Source of the DNA: Catajapyx aquilonaris
Lineage: Eukaryota
Assembly: GCA_000934665.2 (NCBI GenBank)
Contig: JYFJ02000606.1
Coordinates: forward strand, 62,001 to 119,763
DNA: 57,763 nucleotides
Reading direction: 5' to 3'
Position 1 is the stretch's first letter, and each line of letters starts with the position of its first letter. A model generated the notes under the pieces. The model was not told the origin of the DNA. It was given only the letters and a program-made list of their open reading frames with translations, and did no database searches. Positions 15,301-26,900 of the stretch are shown piece after piece. The translations under genes were made by a program, and so were the position numbers.

Positions 15301-16627
15301 GTGAATTAGTAATGAACATTGTAATTCCCTGCGGTGCAACATGTCTTTTGACTTCAAAGCGCCATTGTGTTACTGCAAATCCTCTTTATGTACAAGAGGA
15401 GCATCACATATATGTGTGCTGTAGATGCAACAGAAGTTTCAAGTACTCTAGAGTTCCATTACAACCTTAAAGTAGAGGGGCAAAAATATTAAGCAAATTT
15501 TGTCAGCGCCATTTACGTGATGAGAGTTTGCGTAACGCCCGCTTCTGAAATTTCTCAGGATGCCTTTGATAATTACGCAGTTGTTTCGGATGTTCGTTTT
15601 GGTTGTCTGAGTATGCAGAGCTCTTGAATTTACGGTCCTTAATTACTTTGCAGCGTCGAAGTACCTTTGCGAGGGTATAAACTATTAGGGCGAGACTGTC
15701 CGTTTAAATTGCGGAGGACTTTTTCCTGCAGTATAAGGTGGGTTGCTCTATTATTAAAGTGCATCTAGCTTGCTGCGCCGGGCTTTTAAATAGGCTTCGA
15801 GTATCGGCAGGTAAAATATTAAGACACCGCCGCTGGATGTTAACGGTACCCTTAACTTTTGCCAATCGATATCCAACGGGCTTTTAGAATGATGATTACC
15901 ATTAGTGTTGATTTTTTTTTTAGACTGCTCGAATTGGGCAATAAAATGACGGCTCCCAAATTTACGGTCATGACCTCCTTTCTTGTTAAAACCATTGCTA
16001 TACGATAATTTTCATGAAACTGTAACGTTGTAAGTTACACTGCAATGTTAGTTAGCACTACCCTCTGCTGTAACAGTGTAGAATATTGGTGCAGTGAAAA
16101 GACACGTGAGCTATAACTTACTCTGTCGGATACTGTCGTTTCGCGAGGTCGTAATGTGAGTGAAATTGACGTAGTTTGGTGTAAAGATAAGGAAGGTTGG
16201 GAGAATATATCCCTGCGACATCTACCATCCGAGCCGCACAATGCAAGCCATGAGAGATAATACGCAGCTAGTATAGGGACGGATTTCTTTCTGAACATGT
16301 GTATAAAGAGCGTACCCGGATACTACATGATACATGAAATTATCAGGCTAACAATCGTTAGTCATATGCTGTAAATGTGCCCGATTATAATATCAGGAAA
16401 ATGAATATTCGCATAGCCTAATTTAGAGCCCATAAAGGACCATAAAATACCCTCACAAATTTACGTTCGAGAGCAACAACGATAACATCTTGATTAATTA
16501 TTGTTTAATACACACATTATTTTAATAAAGTGACAACTTGAAACAGTCCCATTTTGGTCTAATATTGGTCTTGCAATTGTGCAGTTCTTGCTTACATTCT
16601 GATGCCGGACAGATCAGTGCTGTCTGC

Positions 16628-16756
16628 TATAGATCGGTCACTATATGAACGCAACCGAGTGACCAATTTTATTACAGGAAGAAATACAGTTTGTAATAAA
16701 ATTCCTGTAATAAAATTGGCCACTCGCGGTTGCGTTCGTATAGTGACCGATCTATA
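16628..16756. mobile_element. Hairpin MITE-like element (about 53-55 bp inverted arms, 21-bp spacer, TATA ends)
   Basis: Left arm TATAGATCGGTCACTATATGAACGCAACC--GAGTGACCAATTTTATTACAGGAA (16628-16680) against the reverse complement of 16702-16756, TATAGATCGGTCACTATACGAACGCAACCGCGAGTGGCCAATTTTATTACAGGAA: 2 mismatches and a 2-nt indel. Confidence 0.75.
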
Positions 16757-19700
16757 TAGATCAATTGAGGCACCCAGAACCAGAAATGGTTATGTCACGG
16801 TTTTTGGAATATTCAGGTAAGCGTCTTTCATAGACAAAATAATGATAGGAAAAAATAGAAAAATCTCATAAAGGGCAATGCAGTGCATGCAACCATCAAA
16901 CTTGAAATCGTTATCGGCTCATAATGTGTCGATTTGTATCTTTTCCTGAGAAAGTTATGTAACTCACATTTACAGTCATATACTGTGAGAGCATCTTCTG
17001 GAAGAATCCGGAACTCCTATGTGAACAGCAATGCCAGTCCAATGTCGCCATCTGCTGCGGGCAGTTCACCCCACAAAATCAATTCTCCACAAGACATTTA
17101 AAAGACGTCAAATCTCAGCCGGGAGTTTAAATTTAACAAAATTTAAGCATTTGGACTTGTCTGTTCTTCTATTACATACTAGAGACAAAATTGTCATGTC
17201 TGACGACATATTGTGTCCAACCTTATTCAGGGAGAGCTGAAGTGAAACGGTTGTCAAATGGAGCCAACAGATGGCCGTGTTGAAACTACTCCCACCGTCT
17301 CCTGGTGAGCCAATCCAAAATCACTCGTCCGCACGCTGGTTACGAGTACATTATGAGGGATCAGAAATTTAATTATCGGCATTTTATAGTGATTACCGTG
17401 TTAATGATGGGTGCAACGGGGGGGGGGACGGCTGAATGTGAAAACCCTGTCGGACTTCTTTCATCTCCGGTCGGCCCACAAATTACGGTTGTTACGCGGA
17501 ACACGGTGCGCCCATCCGCAATATTGAGTGCCGGTACCTGTACAGTGGTCGACTTAATGTGCTCAAATTGCGTGAATTTGGATTTCCTCTCGTAGTAATT
17601 GACCTCGATATGGAATTCGTAGTGGTTAAAAATTCTCTTTGTTTTGAGCCTGATTTTTTTTTCAAGGAATATTGTTGCAGGTCTGCTTTTAAGTGAATCA
17701 CATTTTTATAGTCAACAAAAATTGTACGGTGTGTTAGGCTTCCACAAAAACACATCAGTTATTTACTGCCTGTCAACATGCTGTTGAATATTTTATTAGC
17801 GCTGTTTATTTTGACCAAGATAAGCTCCAAAAACCTGTAAAAATTTTTAAGCTGATATTTTTAATTTTCCATTGCGAGATCAGATCATGTAATACGGAAA
17901 AGCGCATCATTTTATTAATATTAATATTCCGAATGGATCAACTTCTTCAATATTGCGATGGCAATTCATTAGTCTACATAATTTATGTGACTCAAGTTCC
18001 GAAGTGGTGGCAGCAATGCTTTTCATCGATGTACACCGACCCGTTTCATACCAATTCAGTAGGAATTCGGCCATGGCGGGACTTTGCATACCTGTGGCCT
18101 CCGTTACCTCCGATGATGAACCTGGTCGTCACACCATGCTGCCCTGGATATATTGACAGTTTTTTTTGGTGGGTTCCTCTCGCCAACACCTTCCTTCAAA
18201 GCTGGTTGTAATGACGGGTGGGCAAAAGATGCGGCTGTCGAAATTGAGGGAAAGAGAGTTAAGGGCAGACGTGATGGCGGAACCCGGGTGAGAATGAGAG
18301 GAATGCACCCCCCAACCTCCCCTCCTCGACTTTTGGCACGTAAGGAAAAACGTGATGGGAAGTATAATCTGGGGAGAAGGGAAGGTTGGAGGGTAAGGGG
18401 GCAACACAGGTATGGAGAGAGACGGCCTTCAGGACTATGGTATATAGTAGTTGGAGCAGGAATTTGTGAGGTGACAAGGACCTGGCTCTCTGGAGAAGAC
18501 TTGCTCCGGAATGAAAAGAACGGTTGGCTGTGCGCCCAGTCATCAGTATAAACGAAAATTTGACGAAAATACCAAAATGGAGAGAGATAACAAACTTATT
18601 TCTGTTAGAAGTAGCCAGATGTGTTAAAACAAATGCACTAATGATGATTTTCCAGCCCAAACTCTTCTCGGTGAAATATTGACAACTTTGGAAATGTAAC
18701 TTTACCTCAGTAGTGTTGAGGTCGTGTAGCTGTAATGGTAAATGATGAAAGTTAGTCGGTGGGTTCTCGAGCACACGAGAGTTAGGTGTAGGGGAAGAGG
18801 AGGATTTAAAGCAGATCGTTTCCGTCTTTGCCTAAATATATGCTTGTGGAAGCAATTACACGAAAGCAGTGCTTGCATTATGGCTGGCGGGGGTTACGCA
18901 CGTATGCGGAAAGGATATAGCCGGGTCTCACCGGGGATTTAGAATCCATTTAATTACGAATCTGATAATTTAGAGAGTTAATTGCGCGCAGAAATCTGTG
19001 GAGGAAAAGACAACTTTCAAAGTTTGAAACAAAGCCACTCGGGGGAGTAAATTATTCCGTAAGTATGTCACGACGAGTCACTTTGTATACTTAGTCCGAA
19101 TAAGATTTGCACTTTGTACAGTAGCTCTACAACCGAGAATTATTCCTATAATGTGGCATAGGTCATCATACTAAGCTGTAGTTTCTACAGTACTATACTG
19201 GGTTAGAATGTTTTTGTCCATGCAATGAAATCGAAACTAACTGACGTTTTTTTGCACATTAAAGAACATCCACGAGTAAATAAACATAATTTTCGTGAGC
19301 AGTACTTTTTTGTTGTTGAACCACCTTTCTCCAGCTGGTTATTATTGTTTCCTAATATAGTGAATGCAAAGTACACTTTCTTTTGTGTACTTCTTTTATG
19401 AATGAACAATTCGAGACGAAAAAACATTTCCAATTCAGACTACAAAGTTAGTTGACTTTCTTCTTGCTGAATATGCCAAGCAAATTATTTCCAGGAAAAG
19501 AAAACTGAGATATTGGATAGAGATTGCTGCAGTGCAGTCATTGTACGTATAGACCTGTCTCAAAAAGTCTGCACAAACAATCACTCACAGCTGAGACGGG
19601 GTACAGGCACAATATTTTTTCCAAACAACGAAACAACTACAAACTGAGTGATTGAAAAGGGTCTAATAGGAAAGTTGCAAGCGTTAGGTGGGACGTAGTT

Positions 19701-20659
19701 GATATTCACCTGAAAAAGTTAATAATGTTGAATGAGTTTTTTTGCATTTATGTTTAGGTTGACAGTTACATTTTTACACTTGGTCGCATCCATGATCCGG
19801 CCCATACAAGCACGTGTCCATCACCAATGGCACTCACTCCCTGTAACTTTGGCCTCACCTTTCTCCCCCCAAGCAATTTCTCTTCACACAAAAGTGTTGC
19901 TAATTCTCCGAATCGGCCGAGAAATCCGTGATGGAAAACAAAAGCTCTTCTCTCCCCCCATCAGTTTACGCAATTCTCAACTCGATTCCGGCACACCCCT
20001 GTTGAAAAGACTCCCTTCTGCAGCATCCAGGGCTATGTAAACTGGAGCACCCAAAACCGTAGGCGCTTCCAGTGGGCCGACTTGAATAATTGGAGCTGCT
20101 TAGCCATGCTAATGTCTGCTCTTCTGGCACACTCTGACAAATGGAATTAGTGGGGAAAAGGCCTCGACCTAGACGGTGTGGGGTGGGGGGAGGGGGGTTC
20201 TCTTATTCCCCCCTTCCCCCCACACCAGTACAGCACCCCCCTTTTGCCGAAATCGGAGTGCTGGAGTAATGTGATGGAGAAGGGTGGTTCTCACTCCGGG
20301 ACGAAAAGCTGCCTGTGCCAAGGGTTCCCTCCATTACGCATGCATCAAGTTAAGACAAGGCTGCTGCTCTGTTACCGACATTTTGACACTTGGCCCTGCA
20401 GGGGTCAGGACACCGACCGTGATTATAATAGGGCGTACTCTTGGTGCAGCACAGGGTGAGCCGACGAGGAAGAGCCATTCGTAAAATATACAGGCTTGAG
20501 GCACACATGTCCTGCTTGTAATGGACGTCTCTGTGCATTTTCCTTGAAAATGATCAAACATCAAAATACATACGGTTGAAAAATGAGCCAAAATGTGACG
20601 CCACATTCTGTTGCAATTCGTAGCTATATTAAATATTACTAACATTTTTGAATGTAACG

Positions 20660-21680
20660 AGTGTGTCTTCCATGATGGGCCACCCTGTGTGTGATAAGGT
20701 GAGGTGTAGGGACAAAGCAGACAGAGGTTGTTGGACTTGAGATTGAGACTGAGGGTGCTATGGTTGACATTGACGCTAATGGGATTGTCCCAGGGTATGG
20801 AGATTCCAATTTGCCATCAGGACGTATCCTGGATTGGGTCATTATGCTGTGCATTTGGTGTATAGGAAGGAGTCTGGGTCCTCCAGAGGATGCGATACGC
20901 CATTGGTCAGGATTTAATGAATTGCTCGGCACTTGCAGCACTGTGGTAGTTAGACGCGGCGTCTTGGCTTTTATGGCATGCCTCTACTTTGGATAAACTA
21001 GCCCATGAGGTGTTGAGTTATATGCAAACATGATATTCAGTATGATCAGTCACATTTTGTCCGAAATTAGGTAGGCTAGTCGACTACCTGGAAAAGTATA
21101 GCCTACTTTCTGACGTTAAAGACTCCTAGAGAATTATTTGGAAAAAAATAATGATCTCAGAATACCAATTTATGCATTTTCATATATTAAATGTCACTTA
21201 TAACATATGCTAATTCAGGTTCACTAAACTCCAGTGCAAAGTTTTTATCATGCTGCAAGACTGTTTAGCCTTTGAAAAAGGTGTATTACCAACGGCTTTG
21301 AAACTTATTTGGTCGAATCCAAACCGGAAATGAGATAGTGAACTCGTGACTGTATTGCAGAGTGTTTACAGACACTGCTGATAGAACCTTGTAAATAAAT
21401 TAGCACTCGCAGGGGTTAGAGACCCCTCTGATCTAAGGGCAAAATTAACATTTAAAAATTAGCCTGGGGGTATAGGCCAGAGTAGAATCAATAATGCAGC
21501 TCTCTGCCTCCGGTCTAGCTGCTTGCCACTGTTTATATCATCGCTCCACTGGCCACACTGCACATTTCATGTATTAACCTGAATGTAAGCTTGCCTCGGT
21601 ATGGACATTTAGCATACGATATCACATTTTACCACCTTTGAAGCCACCTTGTCTAGTTTTCCACATGTTGTTCGAGTCGC
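20660..21680 (-). mobile_element. Possible heavily decayed CR1/L2-type LINE fragment (PHD-like ORF1 remnant and APE endonuclease remnant)
   Basis: The frameshifted minus-strand translation gives TCGKLDKVASKVVKCDIVC (about 21610-21668, PHD-like). Further downstream it gives AYR..DPDSFL...YVLMANWNLH...LKSNNL...VPTP..HTQG (about 20680-20905). This parallels the APE pattern YRPP...ILxGDFNxH...LxSxNLxQxVxxPTH. Many stops and shifts; matched by eye only. Confidence 0.35.
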
Positions 21681-22163
21681 CAAAGACAAAGACGCATTAG
21701 TACCTAGCTTCTTCCAGGCGAGAAGTATCCTTTTCCGGTCCAGTGCCTTTAAATCCGGAACATTTGTATGTAGCGAACACGCATTAACATCATCAGGCTC
21801 CTGTGTAACAAACGATATACTTCATTTTCCATCATTCCCGCTTATGTCTTACATGCACGGTGGGATGCTCCTCGAGAATGGTCTAATCGAAGAGTGTATT
21901 GGCGCAGGGAGTTTCCTAAGGGAAGATGCATTGTTGTGCCAGTGTTCCTGGCTTGGTGGCGTAATGCAGCTTGGCCTTATCAGGGCTGCCTTTGTGCCTC
22001 GCTATCCACCTGCAGTTCATCAGGTTAATTCACTATCCCTGCAGCCAGCAAGCCTCATAAGTCGCCAGAAAGCTGCACAGCCGATGATGCTGGTGTTGCC
22101 AAACCAGGCCAGGGGATGGAACTAATCACTGCCAGGTATATCCCCAAATAATGGATTCGATAC

Positions 22164-22220
22164 ACAGGGTGTGTCGCAATGAGATGGATTAATTTACAGA
22201 GTGAACTGATACACCCTGTA
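22164..22220. mobile_element. Miniature Tc1/mariner-type MITE remnant (about 56 bp)
   Basis: Perfect 9-bp TIR pair ACAGGGTGT (22164-22172) and ACACCCTGT (22211-22219), with TA at the right end. (TA)CAGGGTG is a common Tc1/mariner terminus. Confidence 0.5.
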
Positions 22221-23029
22221 TTCGAAGAGCACGTCGCAGAGGTCATAACTCGCTCAGCTTTCCAAATAATCAGTTTATCGCACTTTCGTGATCCAGATGT
22301 GCTCGCGACTTGATGTCAGTTGAAGTGGGTTTATCGCTTTGCGGGTCGGCTCCCAGGGGGGGAGGGAAGACACTAAAATGACTTTGCGGCCTGGCAGAAA
22401 TGACGCAAAAAAATTCCGAATTTGACATTTGTAAGTGGATGAATTGCATTGGAGAGAAATAGCATAGGAAAACTCTTAGGAAGTAAAATATCATTCTTTT
22501 TTTTTACAAAATCAGCTTATTTTGTCACATTTGTTTCATTTTTTATGTAAATGCGGATGAAATCGGAAATGCTTAGGATTTGGCGAATTTTCAAAACAAA
22601 TCGTCCGATATTGAGATTCCTTGTCCCGCATTTCGCCGTTTGCCTTTCGACACCGAGGCACCAATTTGGCAAAAACGATTCTTCTTCTCCTAGTGATTTT
22701 GCCTCCGGTGCATGTGACAAATTGAATAGTTAGGCCAAAGAGAGGAAGCCGGACCAAGCACAATATCGATCCCGAGTTTGCAAAAAATATATATATCCTC
22801 TCTTGTTGCCTTGTGCTTAATTTTGCAATGCATTCGATGTCTTTGCCAGGTTTGGTTGTATTGCATTTCGAAGCTGCAGTGAATCTCCTGTCCGACTTCG
22901 ACTCAGATGCATTGTGTCTGGAGACAGCAATGAAAATGTTAATATTTAGACTGCTAGAATAGCCAACCGAGATAAAATACATTAATGGTTCGAGAAGAGA
23001 TAAAAAGGAAGAGAGAGAGAGACTCTCTG

Positions 23030-23970
23030 CAGTGTTAAGGCCTCTTTCTGCTCTTAGAAGAAACTTTTTGTAGTGCTTTCACCCTCCTGGCTTTTCTCTG
23101 CTAATCGTCTTCTTCCTCGCTAACTTTTCGCGAACCAAACATCACAAGAGGTCCAGTCCGGAAGAGATAAAACTTGCGCAACCGACGGCGACGGAAGCCC
23201 AAAAGTAACTTCCTTACCGGTATAATCCAATGCAAAAATGTTAACCCTTCTCCGCTGCCTGCCGGATTTCTCTCTTCTTTTCAGCCAATTAAAAGAAGCA
23301 AAGGGAATATCTTGTAACAACTCTTAAAATTTTACTAAAAAGGGTTTATGTATAGACATGATGCTTATAATGATTTGTCCTATTTTCATGATGTTATATA
23401 ATGTTATTAACTTTATTTCCTCTCTTCTCTTTAAGGTGGTTGCTGGAGTGAATAATACATCCTCTTCTGCGAGAGTGCAACAGCTTCTACACAATATCAA
23501 GACGAGTGGATTTTCACCAACAGAAAAAGTAGGTTCCATTGTAGGCTACGCACATTTCCTCTAATGAGGCAAAGTCGCGGGATGAAAATGTGGACTTATT
23601 AGCCTCAAAGTGTAGTCATCTGTATTCCACTGCATTGGAACAAAAGCTAGCATTTTCGAACCGCTAATAATGTGTCTGGATGTTACGCTCCGGCAGAGCT
23701 ACTGATTGGCCAAATGTGGTCTTGTCTCACAGATCATACAGTGTTTTTGGAGGCGACCATGTGTTGTAATTTTTTTGGCATCCACTTCCAACCGGTTACT
23801 GTAATTCCATGTCCGTATTTTTTTAAAAGCTTTTATTAGTCCTTCTCCTTTCATTGCATTGCAGGAAGGTTTAAAATACCATCGAATTCCTATGTGTCAA
23901 TATTCGTACTGCTGATCTTCACATGCAACTTCTGAGCCCCACTACTCCGTACAGTTTGATGTGGAAACAC
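23030..23970 (-). mobile_element. Decayed pogo/Tigger-like (DDE_1) transposase, C-terminal part
   Basis: The minus-strand translation with frameshifts gives GILNLP...GLIKAFKK...KWM...HGRL..TLYDL...SVTSRHIISG(S/F)...FVP (about 23885-23635), then SPSVAQVLSLP...RGRRR..KS (about 23195-23090). This follows the order in pogo-like transposases: LP-H..QPLD-G-FK..W..HPG..IT-YD...NI-SGF..GI-P..SP..LPLP..basic stretch. Several stops and frameshifts; boundaries are approximate. Confidence 0.5.
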
Positions 23971-26900
23971 TCTGTTATTATTTTCCAATCAACCGTTGAA
24001 ACTAGTGTTCGAACTAGTCTTGAATTGCATTCCGAATTCACAGACGAGGGGGCGTATAGCTCATGAAATCTTGATAATTATCCGGGAGCAGATTGGCCAA
24101 CATGGGCGCGTTTGAAGCAGATGAATGGGGGACAAATCTGACGGAATGAGTTTTCAAGGAAATTAACGCCGGCTGTAAAAGGCCAAACAATTGAAGAAAA
24201 CAGCGGTCGATTAGTACCAGAGTGTGCGCCCAACGGATACGAACATTGGGGCCAAAAATTCGTTTTGCATTTTACGGCTGCAAGTGCCGGGCGATTAGGA
24301 CGGTTTGGTGTGATTGCGATCCCGGTTAACCGGTTTGCTATCATTTGAAGGGAAGGATATAAAAACCATTGGTTGCCCAGCCTCCAATCAGATAACAGGT
24401 CGATGGAACACTTACACTGAATTACGAGACATGTTGTCCGGTTATTGAGCTGGGTACAAACTGGCAATTATTCTAGACGGCATCGGTGACCTTCATATGC
24501 AATTTGTAATCGTGTTAATTCCAACGCTAGGTAGGAATAATCCATCCTGCGGAATCACGATGGACAGACAACTAAAAATTTAACCAGGTGTTGCCTTGTA
24601 TAGTACAATTAGCTGATAAAAATTGTGTTGGCAATTCGGGTGAGGATTTTATGCCTGCTTATTATTTCCAAGTTCGGTTTGGTGGGTGTGAGAAATGCAA
24701 GCAAAAGCTAGGCTCCGGCACTGGGTTTGGCGGCAAAGCCGCCTCAAATCGGCTGCGGAAAGACTGCGCTTCCACCAGTTTCCAGTTGCGGTGCCCATCA
24801 ACTCGGCCTGAACGCCTCCACGCCCAACAACTATGTTAACGAGCAGACCTCTATGCCAAAGAGATAACGACAAGCAAGCCAGAGAGAGAGCGAGGTGATG
24901 GTGGGGAGGGGAAATCCCCGGCGCCGTTTCCAACTCCGGCCAATCAATAGCCGGGAAATTCTTTTGCCTAATCACCTTCCTGCCTGCTTCCACCTGATTG
25001 CTTCTAACCGCACTGCCAAATACGCTTTTCATTTGAAACATGCGGTTTCGACGGACTCGGACAGATAGATTGTCACCATACGTGATGGGGTAAAAAAAAA
25101 ATGGTGGACTGCCACAAAAATCGCGTAGCTGCGAAAAGTCGCAATATCACTCTTAGTCAAAAACTAACTGTTCGTCTCCGCCCATACCTGGAAGCCATCT
25201 AGTGATGCCATTTCAACCATTGACAAATGAGACATAATCCCTGCTAGCCGAGGGCCAATTTGGTCCTAATTATGCGATGTGAAAGAAAAGCCGGAAGCAC
25301 GATATGGGGGCAAAGGGCGGGTCGGGTGACACAAAGGTGATAAATGCCGGCAGGGAGAGAGGAGGGGGGGGGGGCTGCTGCAGCAGGCACTATCGCTCCC
25401 TGAGGAGAGAAGGACGACAATCGATCAGTGATAGGATCGGGAGTTTCAGGGTGGATGACGGGGGCCAACTGAATCGGGTCCAACATGGCACAACCAGGGG
25501 GGGCAAGGAGAAGCTGTCAAACCCCAGGTCAAATTGGACTGCCCTCAGTGGACCAACTAGAGTCCCTCCCACCAGGGACTGGTTGGTTGACAGTAATTCC
25601 TTATGTACTCCAAACGGCTGCGCTGGGAAGGGAAGAAGAATTCAGTTTTTGCATCACGGTGAGTGAGATTTGGAAGCTGACTGAAAGCCTCTCCCAATAT
25701 AAAGACGCGCCCTGCATTGTTTGTCGAAGCGACGCGATAGGAATGTCGTATCAGCAATTTGGTGTTACCGACGTGTCTTGACGTTCCTCCTCCTCCATTC
25801 GACTTTTTTTTATATTTATAGGAAGGCAAGGCTGATAGCCATCTCTTATAGGCCTGGAAGCCATCCTTGGGTTCTATGTCCGGCAGATGCGTGGCTTGGC
25901 AGGGACCCCCGAGGGAGGTGGGGAGGGAAGAGGAGGATTTATCCTTCCGAGAGGATGTCTCTCAGAAATTCTTGGCCATTTTTGGTGCGAAGCCAGTAAA
26001 AAAGGAGGCTTAGCCGACCGTTTCTGCGACAGATGTTGCTCAGGTTGTATTCAAGGGGTTGTTTCGATGTGGCACTGGACTTCTTTTACACCCAGTGCAG
26101 TGCAATAAAGCTTTACTTACAGTAGTTGTGCATAAAAAGAAAACTGGGGCATTTTGTGAATAGCCGATTAGCTTAAATTTTTAACAAATGTTCACAACAG
26201 TTAATATAATGTTGAAGAGAAAGGGAGCCATAGCATGAGGAGAGATTAATTGAAGACAATCTGCGAGATTTTTACTGAATTTGTATATTTATACAGACTC
26301 AATTTGACCTTCATACTCTTACGAATTATAGCATGGTCATCATCCCTATTAATAATTAGAAGCCGATTCCTCTGGAAGCTAATTTTTAGGCTAATTATTT
26401 GTTAACACCAATCTGTATTGCTGCACGCCAAAATAGCAGTACACATTGAAAAGTAACTCCGCCTGATGAATTGGGATCCTACAAAAAAAAGTGAGAGAAA
26501 GAGATACGAGCCTGATGATGGGTCTCATACTCTCATTGTTATCCTGGGTCATGGCGTCGATCTGGAGCAGGAAACGCTCATTCACGATTTTACCGCCTCT
26601 GTAATGCTCCGGCTATACACAACATGCAGCACTGGAAACTTGGTGGAAGCCCCCGGGGGAGAGGAAAAAAAATTATTGCGACCGCAATGTCCAGTAAATG
26701 TGAAGGGAATCAGAGGTGTTGTATATGGAGTACTAGTTTTTTATAGGCTCGTCATAGTGTGCGTGTTTTGATAAATAGCATGGTTAGGTTCAAATAAATG
26801 CCAGAATATTCCCTTCAAATCCTTCCTCGCATCTACAGTATACTTGCTGTCCTTTCCTGATTCCAGTCCGCTGTAAATTTTAGACTCATCCTTTCAGCGT

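Noticed and set aside
21649..22150. 158-aa plus-strand ORF and a gypsy-integrase-like phrase (GVAKPG...LITARY) in another frame
   Set aside because: The HHCC zinc-finger residues are absent, no RT, RNase H or LTR was found, and the similarity is too short.
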